Of a stretch of 32,000 nucleotides of DNA, positions 19,870 to 29,018 are shown in pieces. Under the pieces are notes generated by a model. That model saw nothing but the letters and a program-made list of their open reading frames with translations, was not told the origin of the DNA and searched no databases. Each line of letters begins with the position of its first letter. The stretch's first letter is position 1. Source of the stretch: Promethearchaeum syntrophicum (GTDB taxonomy: Archaea > Asgardarchaeota > Lokiarchaeia > Sigyniarchaeales > Promethearchaeaceae); the NCBI RefSeq assembly GCF_008000775.2, contig NZ_CP042905.2, positions 1,440,001 through 1,472,000 of the forward strand, in the 5' to 3' direction. A program made the translations under genes and the position numbers.

Positions 19870-20050
19870 ACACACTTTACAAAATTTCGATAAAGATAAA
19901 AAGATATTTTTAAAACTCTGCTTCTTTTGAAAATTTCTTTATCTAAAAAACATTCAAAAATCTTGGGGTAGTTATTTGAATATTATTTGGATTTTAACTG
20001 AGGAATTTGTAATTATGAAGGACCTGGAAATTGTTTTGCAATAACCCCCG
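19870..20050 (+). pseudogene. Partial, decayed duplicate of the upstream DNA and 5' end of the sulfatase-like gene at 23555
   Basis: 19974-20036 (tatttgaatattatttggattttaactgaggaatttgtaattatgaaggacctggaaattg) parallels 23552-23615 (tatttgaatattatatggattttaactgatggaatttgtaattatgagagaccaggagatag). Similarity extends upstream (gaaaatttctttatctaaaaaacattc versus gaaaatttttttatctaaaaaaacattc). Confidence 0.85.
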
Positions 20051-20308
20051 TTTTTCTCCCATATCAAAAACTTCTCTAAAATATTTTTTTTGACTCTCCT
20101 ATGAGTTTTAATAAAATTAAGAATAAAAAAGGAAAGATAATTAAAATTTGGGAAATATTAATATGAATACCTAATAAGTAGATGAATATTTTATCAACTT
20201 ACCTAATTAAAATTTCATGGATTTCTGAATACCAAAAAAAAGTGTTGAAAATCAAATTCTAAAAATTTTTTATAGGTAAATGTACTTTTATAGACAGTAA
20301 GCAATTTA

Positions 20309-21250
20309 GTGAGTTATATGCCGAAACAAAAATATTCAAATCTTGAAGAAATTAAGGAAATTTATCAGAGTGTCAAAAAAATTGGATATAAAAAAACATC
20401 TGAAAAATTTAATGAACATATTTCACTTCTAGAGCGAATTGTAAAACGATATGAAGAAAACATGGATGTAAAAAAGATGAAAGTAATAATTATTGCGGCT
20501 GGAATGGGATCTCGATTGAAAGATATGACCAAATATCTCCCAAAACCATTATTAGAAATCGAAAATGGTAAATCTATTATCGAGCGAGAAATTGAAACAC
20601 TACATGAGGTTGGACTTGATGATATTGTCATTATCCGAGGATATCAGAAAGATAAATTTTCGATTCCTAATGTTACATATTATGAAAATGATGTATACAC
20701 AGAGAATAACATTTTAGAATCACTTTTTTGTGCAGAAGAGGCTATGGAAGATGGTTTTATTTGTACTTATGCTGATAGTGTTTTCTCTAAAGAAATTTTC
20801 CAAAGAATTTTGAATGCACCAGAAGATATTTGTCTCGGTGTAGAGCCAAATTGGAGAAAAAGATATGAAAAACGTAATGAACATCCTACAGATGAAGCAG
20901 AATTAGTGAAAATTGAGGAAGATAAAATTGTTTCGATTTCAAAATTCTGTAATCCTGATGCTTATGGTGGTGAATTTATTGGAGTTGCGAAATTTACCAA
21001 AAAAGGAGCAGAAATCTTACGTAGAAATTATCACCGAGCAAGAGAAAGCAAATCATGTCGATTTGCAGAAGGACAACGATTTCATGACGCGGTTTCTATT
21101 CGGAAAGCCTATATTACTGATATGATTCAAGAACTCATCGAAAGAGGATACCCAATTCATCCAGTAATGGTAAATCATGGTTGGGTTGAAATTGATACTC
21201 AACAAGATTATGAATATGCACAAAATTTAATTAAAAAAGGAGAATTATAA
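20309..21250 (+). CDS. Nucleotidyltransferase of the LicC/phosphocholine-cytidylyltransferase-like group with an N-terminal HTH-like extension
   Basis: MKVIIIAAGMGSRLKDMTKYLPKPLLEI, YTENNILESLFCAEEAM, EPNWRKRYEKRNEHPTDEAE, HGWVEIDTQQDYEYAQ. The extra N-terminus reads EIKEIYQSVKKIGYKKTSEKFNEHISLLERIVKRYEE. Confidence 0.85.
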   Translation: MSYMPKQKYSNLEEIKEIYQSVKKIGYKKTSEKFNEHISLLERIVKRYEENMDVKKMKVIIIAAGMGSRLKDMTKYLPKPLLEIENGKSIIEREIETLHEVGLDDIVIIRGYQKDKFSIPNVTYYENDVYTENNILESLFCAEEAMEDGFICTYADSVFSKEIFQRILNAPEDICLGVEPNWRKRYEKRNEHPTDEAELVKIEEDKIVSISKFCNPDAYGGEFIGVAKFTKKGAEILRRNYHRARESKSCRFAEGQRFHDAVSIRKAYITDMIQELIERGYPIHPVMVNHGWVEIDTQQDYEYAQNLIKKGEL

Positions 21251-21251
21251 C

Positions 21252-22562
21252 GTGAGCGAAGATTTAAAAAAAAACATAGACCAAGATATTCCTGGAAAAA
21301 TAAAAAATTGGCGGATCCGTATATTTTTCACAGTCTGGGTTACATATATGATATATTATATTGGACGAGTTAATTTAGGGATTGCTAAACCACTTATGAT
21401 GGCAGAATTTGATATTAGTTCTACGATTTTTGGTGGGATTGGTTCAGCCTTCTTTTATGCCTATGCATTTGGTCAATTTTTCAATGGATTTCTAGGAGAT
21501 AAATTAGGTCCCAGACGAATGGTTACATTGGGAATTATCGTATCTTCTGGGATCAATTTAATAATTGGAGTAGTGGGGCAATTCGTATGGGTTTTAGGAA
21601 TTCTTTGGGGATTAAATGGATTCTTTCAAGCAATGGGTTGGGCACCTTCAGTAAAAACCATAGCAAATTGGTTTCCTCCAAAACAAAGAGGAAAATGGTC
21701 CGGGAGGCTTGGAACTTCATATATGATTGGTGGCGCGTTGGCATGGGTGATTGCTATATTAATTACAGTAACATTTGGATTGACATGGCAATTTGCATTT
21801 ATCATTCCAGGTATTATTATGTTAATTATTGGAATCATTAATTATGTGTCTATTCGGAATGCACCTGAAGAAGTAGGTCTCCCAACAATTGAAGAAGAAA
21901 GCGAAGGAAAGATTGAAATAGGAGATACCAAAGAAGATGAATATTTAGGATTTAAATATACATTAAAAGCAATTTTCTCTAATAAAACAGTGATATTTGC
22001 TGCTTTTGGATTGTTTTGTTTAAATATGGTTCGATATGGAATCACCGAGTGGCTCCCAACCTTATTCTATTTTGATTCTGCCTATGAATTAACATTATGG
22101 AAAACCATCGCTTTTCCGGTTGGAGGCGCAATTGGGGCATTAACTTGCACAATGATCTCAGATAAATTCTTGAAACGACGGAGAATGCCAATAATTTCGA
22201 TTTTATTTGGATTACTTGCAATAACTCTATATATTTATAGTTTACTCCCACCAGTAGATCTAGCAGCTGGAATTCCAATGTTGATGTTGATTGGATTTCT
22301 GACATTTGGACCTCATGTTCTTTTAGTATCAACAATTCCAATGGAATTTGGAACCAGAAAAGCCGCTTCATCTGTAACTGGATTTATAGATGGATTTGGG
22401 TATATTGGAGCAGCAATCTCAACACAAGTTGTGGGGATAATTTTAGATACACCAGACAATATGGATATGGCATATCTATTTTGGATTATAGCTGCCTTGG
22501 CGGGGTGTTTTGTTCTCTTATTCAACTGGAAAAGTGTTCCAAAGAAAAAGGAATACTTTTAA
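21252..22562 (+). CDS. MFS transporter, organophosphate:phosphate antiporter (OPA, GlpT/UhpT-like) family
   Basis: 436 aa, about 12 TM; MIYYIGRVNLGIAKPLMMAEF, GQFFNGFLGDKLGPRRMVTLG, NGFFQAMGWAPSVKTIANWFPPKQRGKWSG. GTG start one base after the previous stop. Confidence 0.9.
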   Translation: MSEDLKKNIDQDIPGKIKNWRIRIFFTVWVTYMIYYIGRVNLGIAKPLMMAEFDISSTIFGGIGSAFFYAYAFGQFFNGFLGDKLGPRRMVTLGIIVSSGINLIIGVVGQFVWVLGILWGLNGFFQAMGWAPSVKTIANWFPPKQRGKWSGRLGTSYMIGGALAWVIAILITVTFGLTWQFAFIIPGIIMLIIGIINYVSIRNAPEEVGLPTIEEESEGKIEIGDTKEDEYLGFKYTLKAIFSNKTVIFAAFGLFCLNMVRYGITEWLPTLFYFDSAYELTLWKTIAFPVGGAIGALTCTMISDKFLKRRRMPIISILFGLLAITLYIYSLLPPVDLAAGIPMLMLIGFLTFGPHVLLVSTIPMEFGTRKAASSVTGFIDGFGYIGAAISTQVVGIILDTPDNMDMAYLFWIIAALAGCFVLLFNWKSVPKKKEYF

Positions 22563-22590
22563 GTTCAATTTGAGTTTTTTTTTTCTCTTA
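22563..22590 (+). terminator. Candidate archaeal oligo-T transcription terminator after the NTase-MFS pair
   Basis: gagttttttttttctctt directly after the MFS stop codon; archaeal termination commonly uses T-tracts. Confidence 0.35.
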
Positions 22591-22727
22591 CTTCTTTGAA
22601 AAATTCTTTCTCTAACTTTTCATCTTATTTCAAGATCGTTTAAATTATTTTTACTTTTATTTGAGAACAAAAATTAAGTAGGAGGTATAATAAAACAGAG
22701 ATATATCATCCAACTCATTGAAATGAT

Positions 22728-23294
22728 GTGAAGAAAATTATCATAAAACAAATCAAAGACCTTTATACCACAAATTGGATAACTTTAAAACAAGCTACAG
22801 TCGTAAATAAAAATGGAAAACAATTTAAGTGGGATTTTATCGCTAGGAAAAATGAACAAAAGATAATTACAATTATTTGCCACTCTTCGATAAGTAATCG
22901 AATCTTAGTTATTAAAGAATTCCGAGTACCTATCAATAAATACGTTATTGAATTTCCCGCAGGATTGATTGAAGAAGGAGAAACAATAGAACAAGCAGCT
23001 ATAAGGGAATTAAAAGAAGAAACTGGATATATAGGAAAAATTTTTCGAGTTTCTCCCTTTCTAACAAAAAGTGCATATTTAACTAGTGAACTATCAGCTT
23101 TTGTTGAAATGGAAGCAAATGAAAATGAAATAGGTCCAACTCAATTGGAAAAAGAAGAAGATATTCATCCAATATGGTTAAAACCTGAAGAATTTGAAAA
23201 TCAATTTTTATATCATCACAATGACGAGTATATTATAGATAGTCTTGTATGGATGGCGTTAACAGCTTTTAAAGTAAATAATTCATATTCTTGA
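22728..23294 (+). CDS. NUDIX hydrolase (ADP-sugar pyrophosphatase-like)
   Basis: 188 aa; Nudix box GLIEEGETIEQAAIRELKEETGYIG; EFPAGLIEEGE context as in ADP-ribose pyrophosphatases. Confidence 0.95.
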   Translation: MKKIIIKQIKDLYTTNWITLKQATVVNKNGKQFKWDFIARKNEQKIITIICHSSISNRILVIKEFRVPINKYVIEFPAGLIEEGETIEQAAIRELKEETGYIGKIFRVSPFLTKSAYLTSELSAFVEMEANENEIGPTQLEKEEDIHPIWLKPEEFENQFLYHHNDEYIIDSLVWMALTAFKVNNSYS

Positions 23295-23554
23295 TTAAAT
23301 CTGGGACGTTTAACATGATTATGATAAAAATAATATGAAATATTCATGAAGAAGATGAAATTCACTTTTAAAAAATGTTCGATTTATTCAAAAACTATAC
23401 AATTTTTTTCAAATTCTAAAATAAGCGAATTTAAAATCGAATTTAATTTTATAAGAACACACTTTATTAATTTTCGATGAAGAAACGATGAAATTCTGCT
23501 TTTTTTGAAAATTTTTTTATCTAAAAAAACATTCATTAATCATGGGGAAATTAT

Positions 23555-25099
23555 TTGAATATTATATGGATTTTAACTGATGGAATTTGTAATTATGAGA
23601 GACCAGGAGATAGCTTTGGAATTCTTCCCGCTTATAAAAAACTACGAGAAGAAAATGAAGGGTTCTTTTTTACTAATGCATTAACCTCATTTGGTAGTAC
23701 AATATTTTCTTTGTTTTCAATGTTTACAGGACGCTTTCCTGCTTATGTTTTTCCAGACTATTATACTTCATCAGCATCGTTTTTGCCTGAATTTGAAAAT
23801 GCTCATCATTTAAAAAAGCTTGAAGATAATAATTATTCTATAAATTCAATTTTATTTTGGCAAGAAGGCTATAATATATATCGCAAAATTTTAAATCCAT
23901 ATTATAAGGAAGGTATATTTATCGGAGAGAGAATGATTGAATCTAAAGAGATGTATGAGCTTTTTTTAGAACAAGTAAAAAAATGTGAAACCTCTGATAA
24001 TAATTTTCTTTATGTTCATTTCCGACCTGCAGATTCAAACATGGATACATATGTTCAAAAAACCATTGATTATCTTAAAAAATCAAAATTATGGGATGAA
24101 TCAATTATAATCATAAATTCAGATCATGGTTATTCTGATAATTGGAAATGGTATAAAAGAATGAATCTATTACATTTTGATGATATATCTCAATCTACAT
24201 TAAATGCTATCCTATATATGAAATTTCCAAAGAATATTTCTTCAGTAAAACCAAGAGTAATCGATAAAAGAGTATATTTGATGGATATTGTGGAAACAAT
24301 TTTAGATTATTTAGAAATAAAACCAAATCATGAGAGAGAATCAATTTCATTCAAAAAATTAATCGAGGAAGACATTGATATAAATAAGAATCGGATTGTT
24401 CGCTCGGATTGCTATTTATTGTTTCAACCTATAATAAAAACCGCCATTCTAAAAGGAAAATGGAATTTATATATAGAAACCTATAAAAAGGTTTTATATA
24501 ATTTGGAAGATCGAAAATTGAAATATATTAAGAAAAAAGGGGGATTTTTGAAAATTCCTAAGCGAATTGATTACAAGGATGAATATCCTGAAGTTTTTAA
24601 TGAATTAAATAATAAATATTTAGAAACAGAAAAAAAGGCCTACAATATTGCTTCGAAATATGTGGAGTTTTATTTTAAACAAAGTGAATTAAGTAAGTTA
24701 AAGAATAAACTAGTTTTTATTCCTCCTCAATTTCCTCCGACATTAGTTTCAATGTTAAAGGAAAATTTATCAAGTAATAACAAAATTCTATCTTCTCATG
24801 AACTTTTACAAGAAAAAAGTAAGGAGGAGATTGAAATAATTCTTATTTATAATCGATTGACTGGCTATGGTTTAAAAAAATTAATTAGGAAATACAAGAA
24901 ATTCTCAAAAAATTTTATAATTATTGATACACATCTGAAAAATGCAGAAAATAAATTAAACCAATTAGGTTATTGGAATTATGTAAAAAGAACTTATAAG
25001 GCAAGGGATAGACAAATATTTCAAAGATGGAGAGAGGTACTTACTTTTATATTTTATTTCCCTGCTTATTTGAATAAAAGTATTAAAAAATATTACTAG
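23555..25099 (+). CDS. Sulfatase/alkaline-phosphatase-superfamily protein with an extra C-terminal alpha/beta region
   Basis: 514 aa; MNIIWILTDGI, ALTSFGSTIFSLFSMFTGRFPAYV (nucleophile region), SIIIINSDHGYSDNW. TTG start. C-terminal about 130 aa follows a linker with strand-helix alternation (KLVFIPPQFPPTLVSMLKEN...EIEIILIYNRLTG). Confidence 0.8.
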   Translation: MNIIWILTDGICNYERPGDSFGILPAYKKLREENEGFFFTNALTSFGSTIFSLFSMFTGRFPAYVFPDYYTSSASFLPEFENAHHLKKLEDNNYSINSILFWQEGYNIYRKILNPYYKEGIFIGERMIESKEMYELFLEQVKKCETSDNNFLYVHFRPADSNMDTYVQKTIDYLKKSKLWDESIIIINSDHGYSDNWKWYKRMNLLHFDDISQSTLNAILYMKFPKNISSVKPRVIDKRVYLMDIVETILDYLEIKPNHERESISFKKLIEEDIDINKNRIVRSDCYLLFQPIIKTAILKGKWNLYIETYKKVLYNLEDRKLKYIKKKGGFLKIPKRIDYKDEYPEVFNELNNKYLETEKKAYNIASKYVEFYFKQSELSKLKNKLVFIPPQFPPTLVSMLKENLSSNNKILSSHELLQEKSKEEIEIILIYNRLTGYGLKKLIRKYKKFSKNFIIIDTHLKNAENKLNQLGYWNYVKRTYKARDRQIFQRWREVLTFIFYFPAYLNKSIKKYY

Positions 25100-26235
25100 G
25101 TGGACATTTCTCTCATTATTTTTGAATATATCTTCAAATGGTTCTCGGCAATAGATCTACAAGTAAATTTCCGTTTTATTAGTTTAATTGAATTTTGAAC
25201 ATACTTTTTTTGAATTATTTCATTTTCTAGTAAATAACATATGATTTCAGCTGGCAAAATGATTTCCCCTGGACTAAACAATCGACCATTTTCTTTATCA
25301 ATTATTAATTCAGGAATACCTCCTATGTTAGTCGAGACAACTACTGCTTCATATGCCATTGCCTCCAATATAACAGTAGGTAATCCCTCAACCCAGGAAT
25401 TCATAACAAATAGTTTTGTTTTACAATAAAAATCTTGGATTTTCTCGTTTGAAACTTTTTTAATATAATGAATATTCAATTTTGTTTTATATTGATCTAT
25501 TAAAAATTGAAGTGGACCTTCACCAATTATTAAAATTGGAATTTTTGGATATTTTGTATTAACAACATCCATTATTTTAATAAAATCATCAAAACCTTTT
25601 CGTGAACTCAACCTACCAATATAAGTTATATATTTTCTTGTGAAATTAGGTAATTTTGATTTTAACGAAATGCAATTTGGAATCCAGTAGTTATTTTTTT
25701 TCCTTGAACAAAAAAGTTCCTTGTTTATATTCATTAAATCAATTTTTGAAACTGAAATTACTGCATCTGCAAACCCAACAATCATTTTGCCTAATAAATT
25801 ATAGTAAATTCTAATTAAATACATCTTTAGGGTTTGTAATATAGATTGATTTTTTATAATGGGATTTTTCAAGTTTCCATGAATTGTCATAATGGCTGGT
25901 TTTCTGAATATTTTTGCATATAATAAAGCTTGTAATCCAGAAATTGTTACGAATGAATGAATATGTAAAATATCATAATTTTTACCAATTTTAATTAGAG
26001 TTTTAAAAGTATTAAAAATCTCAAAGTTTACTCCACCAAAAGCAAATATGAATTTTTGGAAAATGCATTTAATTCCAGATATCGTTCTCACCGATTCTGA
26101 AGGATATTTTGGGTCACCCGTTAGGATATCACATACTAACTCTTTTTCTTTCAAGGATTTTGTCAATTTTTTTACAAATATCTCGACTCCTGCGGGAAAA
26201 TCAGGGGGACGAGGTGAGATTTGAAGAATTTTCAT
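25096..26235 (-). CDS. Glycosyltransferase family 4 (GT-B)
   Basis: 379 aa; PRPPDFPAGVEIFVKKLTKSL, ISVSKIDLMN, RNYITYIGRLSSRKGFDDFI, FVMNSWVEGLPTVILEAMAYEAVVVSTNIGGIPELI. Confidence 0.95.
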   Translation of the reverse strand: MKILQISPRPPDFPAGVEIFVKKLTKSLKEKELVCDILTGDPKYPSESVRTISGIKCIFQKFIFAFGGVNFEIFNTFKTLIKIGKNYDILHIHSFVTISGLQALLYAKIFRKPAIMTIHGNLKNPIIKNQSILQTLKMYLIRIYYNLLGKMIVGFADAVISVSKIDLMNINKELFCSRKKNNYWIPNCISLKSKLPNFTRKYITYIGRLSSRKGFDDFIKIMDVVNTKYPKIPILIIGEGPLQFLIDQYKTKLNIHYIKKVSNEKIQDFYCKTKLFVMNSWVEGLPTVILEAMAYEAVVVSTNIGGIPELIIDKENGRLFSPGEIILPAEIICYLLENEIIQKKYVQNSIKLIKRKFTCRSIAENHLKIYSKIMREMST

Positions 26236-26292
26236 TGAATTTACACGATTTAATATTTATTAATATTTAAAATTCTAATCTATAATTTTTAA

Positions 26293-27036
26293 TCAACATT
26301 TCCTAAATTCAAATAAAACTTCATCATCATCCTTAATTGGGAAATATTCTCGGAGACATTTTTCTGCAATAAATTCACACACATAAGGCTTATGAGAAGT
26401 TCTCTGGATCAAAAGTAAAGCTCCCGGGATTTTATCATCGGGTTTGTGTTCGGACCAAATTGACACAAAATAACAAACCACATCACCATATGTTCTTGAA
26501 CCATTTTCAAAACCTTGAATAATTGTTTTTTTGAAATTCTTTAATTGTTTATTGAGAAAATCAAAACTTTCTGGATTAATTTGAACGTTTAAAGTTCCAA
26601 AATAAGGTTCAAAACCTAATTTATTTTTAAATTGTTTGAAATAATTCTTATTTTGAATATAATGTGCCCCTTCTCCCATTCCCGTTTTTAATTTTCCATG
26701 GAATTGCTCTACGCAAGATTTACTTGAAAAAACATGTTGGAGATTTTGAAAAACTTTCTCTAAAAGAATATATGCTTTTGATGTAAGCTCTAAATCTCCT
26801 CCCCGACTTCCTTGTTTCCTATTAATATAGCCTTTTTCTTCGAGTTCTAAAATACGACGTGAAATAGTCTGTTGACTTATTGGGATCTTATTACAAAGTT
26901 CTGGCGTAGAAATCTTATCATTATTGAGCAGTTTATAATATGCTATCCAATATAGAAAGAACCATTCTTTCTCTCCTATGAAATCTGGGGCTACTGCATG
27001 GATTTCATCCAAACTTTTGGATTTTTTTATTATCAT
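26293..27036 (-). CDS. ribK: CTP-dependent riboflavin kinase, archaeal type, with N-terminal winged-helix domain
   Basis: 247 aa; HTH (ISTPELCNKIPISQQTISRRILELEEKGYINRK) plus DUF120/RibK domain (GMGEGAHYI, FGTLNVQINP, GALLLIQRTSH, LREYFPIKDDDEVLFEF). Confidence 0.9.
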   Translation of the reverse strand: MIIKKSKSLDEIHAVAPDFIGEKEWFFLYWIAYYKLLNNDKISTPELCNKIPISQQTISRRILELEEKGYINRKQGSRGGDLELTSKAYILLEKVFQNLQHVFSSKSCVEQFHGKLKTGMGEGAHYIQNKNYFKQFKNKLGFEPYFGTLNVQINPESFDFLNKQLKNFKKTIIQGFENGSRTYGDVVCYFVSIWSEHKPDDKIPGALLLIQRTSHKPYVCEFIAEKCLREYFPIKDDDEVLFEFRKC

Positions 27037-27159
27037 ATATCACAGAATTAAAACATTTCATTACAGAAAAAACTACCCATTTTTGAGTAAGAGCGATAAT
27101 TTAAATTACGATGAAATGCCTTATTAATTACTAAAAATTCACGACCATAGGGAGATCAG

Positions 27160-28224
27160 ATGACTCGGCTAAATTACTTGCGTTTTGCGAAAAATTTCAC
27201 GATTAATAATTTTAGCTACAATTATCTTTATTCTCCACTTAATGCTCAGATCGAATTAACTTTGCGCTGTAATGCAAAATGTGTTTTTTGTTCTATATGG
27301 GAACCTGATTTTCAAGAAGAACTTGATAAAGAAATGAAAACTAGTGAGATAAAGCATATACTCGATGAGTTACATGAACTGGGTGTTCAAGTAGTAAATT
27401 TTACCGGCGGTGAACCAACCCTTCGCAAAGATCTGTCCGAATTAATCTCGTATACTGCTGAAAAGAATATGATGCCAACTCTGGCTACAAATGGTTATTT
27501 GTTGTATGATTTAATTAAGTCGGGGAAATTAAAGGATTTAGAATTTGTAATGATTTCCTTGGATTGGCCGACGGCAGAAAAACATGATAAATATAGAGGA
27601 ATAAAGATTTTTGATCGAGCAATTAAAGCAATCAAGGCTGTTGTATTGGAAAGAAAAACAGCTTTAATCTCAATGGTTGTAACTAAAGAGAATATCAAAC
27701 ATATGGAAGACATGTGTAAATTAGCATACAAATTAGGGGCTATGATCGAGATTCTTCCGTGTGAGGATATTATAAGAGAACAAGATTCAGCCCATAGCGT
27801 TGAATCTATTGATAATTTTTTACCTGATATTCATCAATATAGTGCAGAAATCAGACGCCTTGTAAAAATATATCCAAATATTATTACTGATGTGATTACA
27901 GCGGATATAATCGAAGCAGGTGGTTTTGGAAACCAAGATTTACTCCATTGCGCTACCGCTCAAGCATTTATTGTAGTAAATTACAAAGGAGAAGTAGTTT
28001 TCCCTTGTAAAATTCATCCAATCTTAAAAGTTGATGTGAGAAAACATTCTTTAAAAGATGTTTATTACTCGTACGAAGCAAAAAAAATTATGGAAATGAA
28101 GGATTCCTTCCCATTTTGCAAGGGATGTAGGTTAGGGTGTGCTATTGCAACATCGATGCCAACAAGATGGGTAACCCTTTATGAAAAGTACATAAAAGCT
28201 TTTTTTAATGGGAACTTATTTTGA
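27160..28224 (+). CDS. Radical SAM protein (MoaA/PqqE-like) with C-terminal Cys-rich region
   Basis: 354 aa; CNAKCVFC (CxxxCxxC), VNFTGGEPTLRKDL, and C-terminal CKIHP...FCKGCRLGC. Confidence 0.93.
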   Translation: MTRLNYLRFAKNFTINNFSYNYLYSPLNAQIELTLRCNAKCVFCSIWEPDFQEELDKEMKTSEIKHILDELHELGVQVVNFTGGEPTLRKDLSELISYTAEKNMMPTLATNGYLLYDLIKSGKLKDLEFVMISLDWPTAEKHDKYRGIKIFDRAIKAIKAVVLERKTALISMVVTKENIKHMEDMCKLAYKLGAMIEILPCEDIIREQDSAHSVESIDNFLPDIHQYSAEIRRLVKIYPNIITDVITADIIEAGGFGNQDLLHCATAQAFIVVNYKGEVVFPCKIHPILKVDVRKHSLKDVYYSYEAKKIMEMKDSFPFCKGCRLGCAIATSMPTRWVTLYEKYIKAFFNGNLF

Positions 28225-28241
28225 AAAAAAATTTAAATTTT

Positions 28242-28841
28242 TTAATTACCGTTTTTTAATTGTTGCTTCCACTTCTTATTAGAACCAATAGAATTATAAT
28301 CATCATTTTCATCTTTAGGTTCTTCATTAGCATAAATAATATTAGATCTTAATACTTTGGCTTGATCTATAATATTTTCCTTTTTATCTACTTTTTCTGG
28401 ATTCAATTTCTTAATTCCCATTTTTACTAATGCAATAACTAGGGATAAAACCAAAGAGAATGTTATATATAATCCTGCGTAGCCATCCCCGAATAGAACT
28501 GGAAACGGTAATAAACCTTCTTTCCATTCTCCATAAATCCATCCTAAAATTGCCCATAAACCAAAAAATACTAGTGATCTAATAAACATCGGAATCATCT
28601 GCTTCTTTGACATGTCTTTCATTACTACCATCATTTCTGCATTCAATTGTTCCATTTGTTGCATATCTCCTTTAGCATATTTCATTCGATCCTGGAGATC
28701 TTTAATATCTGCTTGCATAGTCATTTGTGCTTCTTGAGATAAGGAGAATTTTTTCGTAAACCACTGGGAAAAAATATTAATTACAATTGTGATCAGCATA
28801 ATTTGCCAAATAGCATTGGTTTGGGATATTTCTAATAACAT
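28242..28841 (-). CDS. EMC3/TMCO1 family (DUF106) membrane protein, YidC/Oxa1 superfamily
   Basis: 199 aa; N-terminal TM, cytosolic coiled coil (QEAQMTMQADIKDLQDRMKYAKGDMQQMEQLNAEMMVVMKDM), then TMs; typical archaeal DUF106 organisation. Confidence 0.85.
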   Translation of the reverse strand: MLLEISQTNAIWQIMLITIVINIFSQWFTKKFSLSQEAQMTMQADIKDLQDRMKYAKGDMQQMEQLNAEMMVVMKDMSKKQMIPMFIRSLVFFGLWAILGWIYGEWKEGLLPFPVLFGDGYAGLYITFSLVLSLVIALVKMGIKKLNPEKVDKKENIIDQAKVLRSNIIYANEEPKDENDDYNSIGSNKKWKQQLKNGN

Positions 28842-29018
28842 AAATACTCAAGTGGGAAAATTAATAGTGGGATTTTAATATTTTGTTTTTTCATTATAAT
28901 CCTAAATTGGGTTTAAGCAATTGAAATCTATGCAAACTTATTGCTCTCAATTAGAATATAACTTCTATAATTGAATTAAAAAGAAATTAAAGTTACATTG
29001 TGTTAATGTATTTAATTA

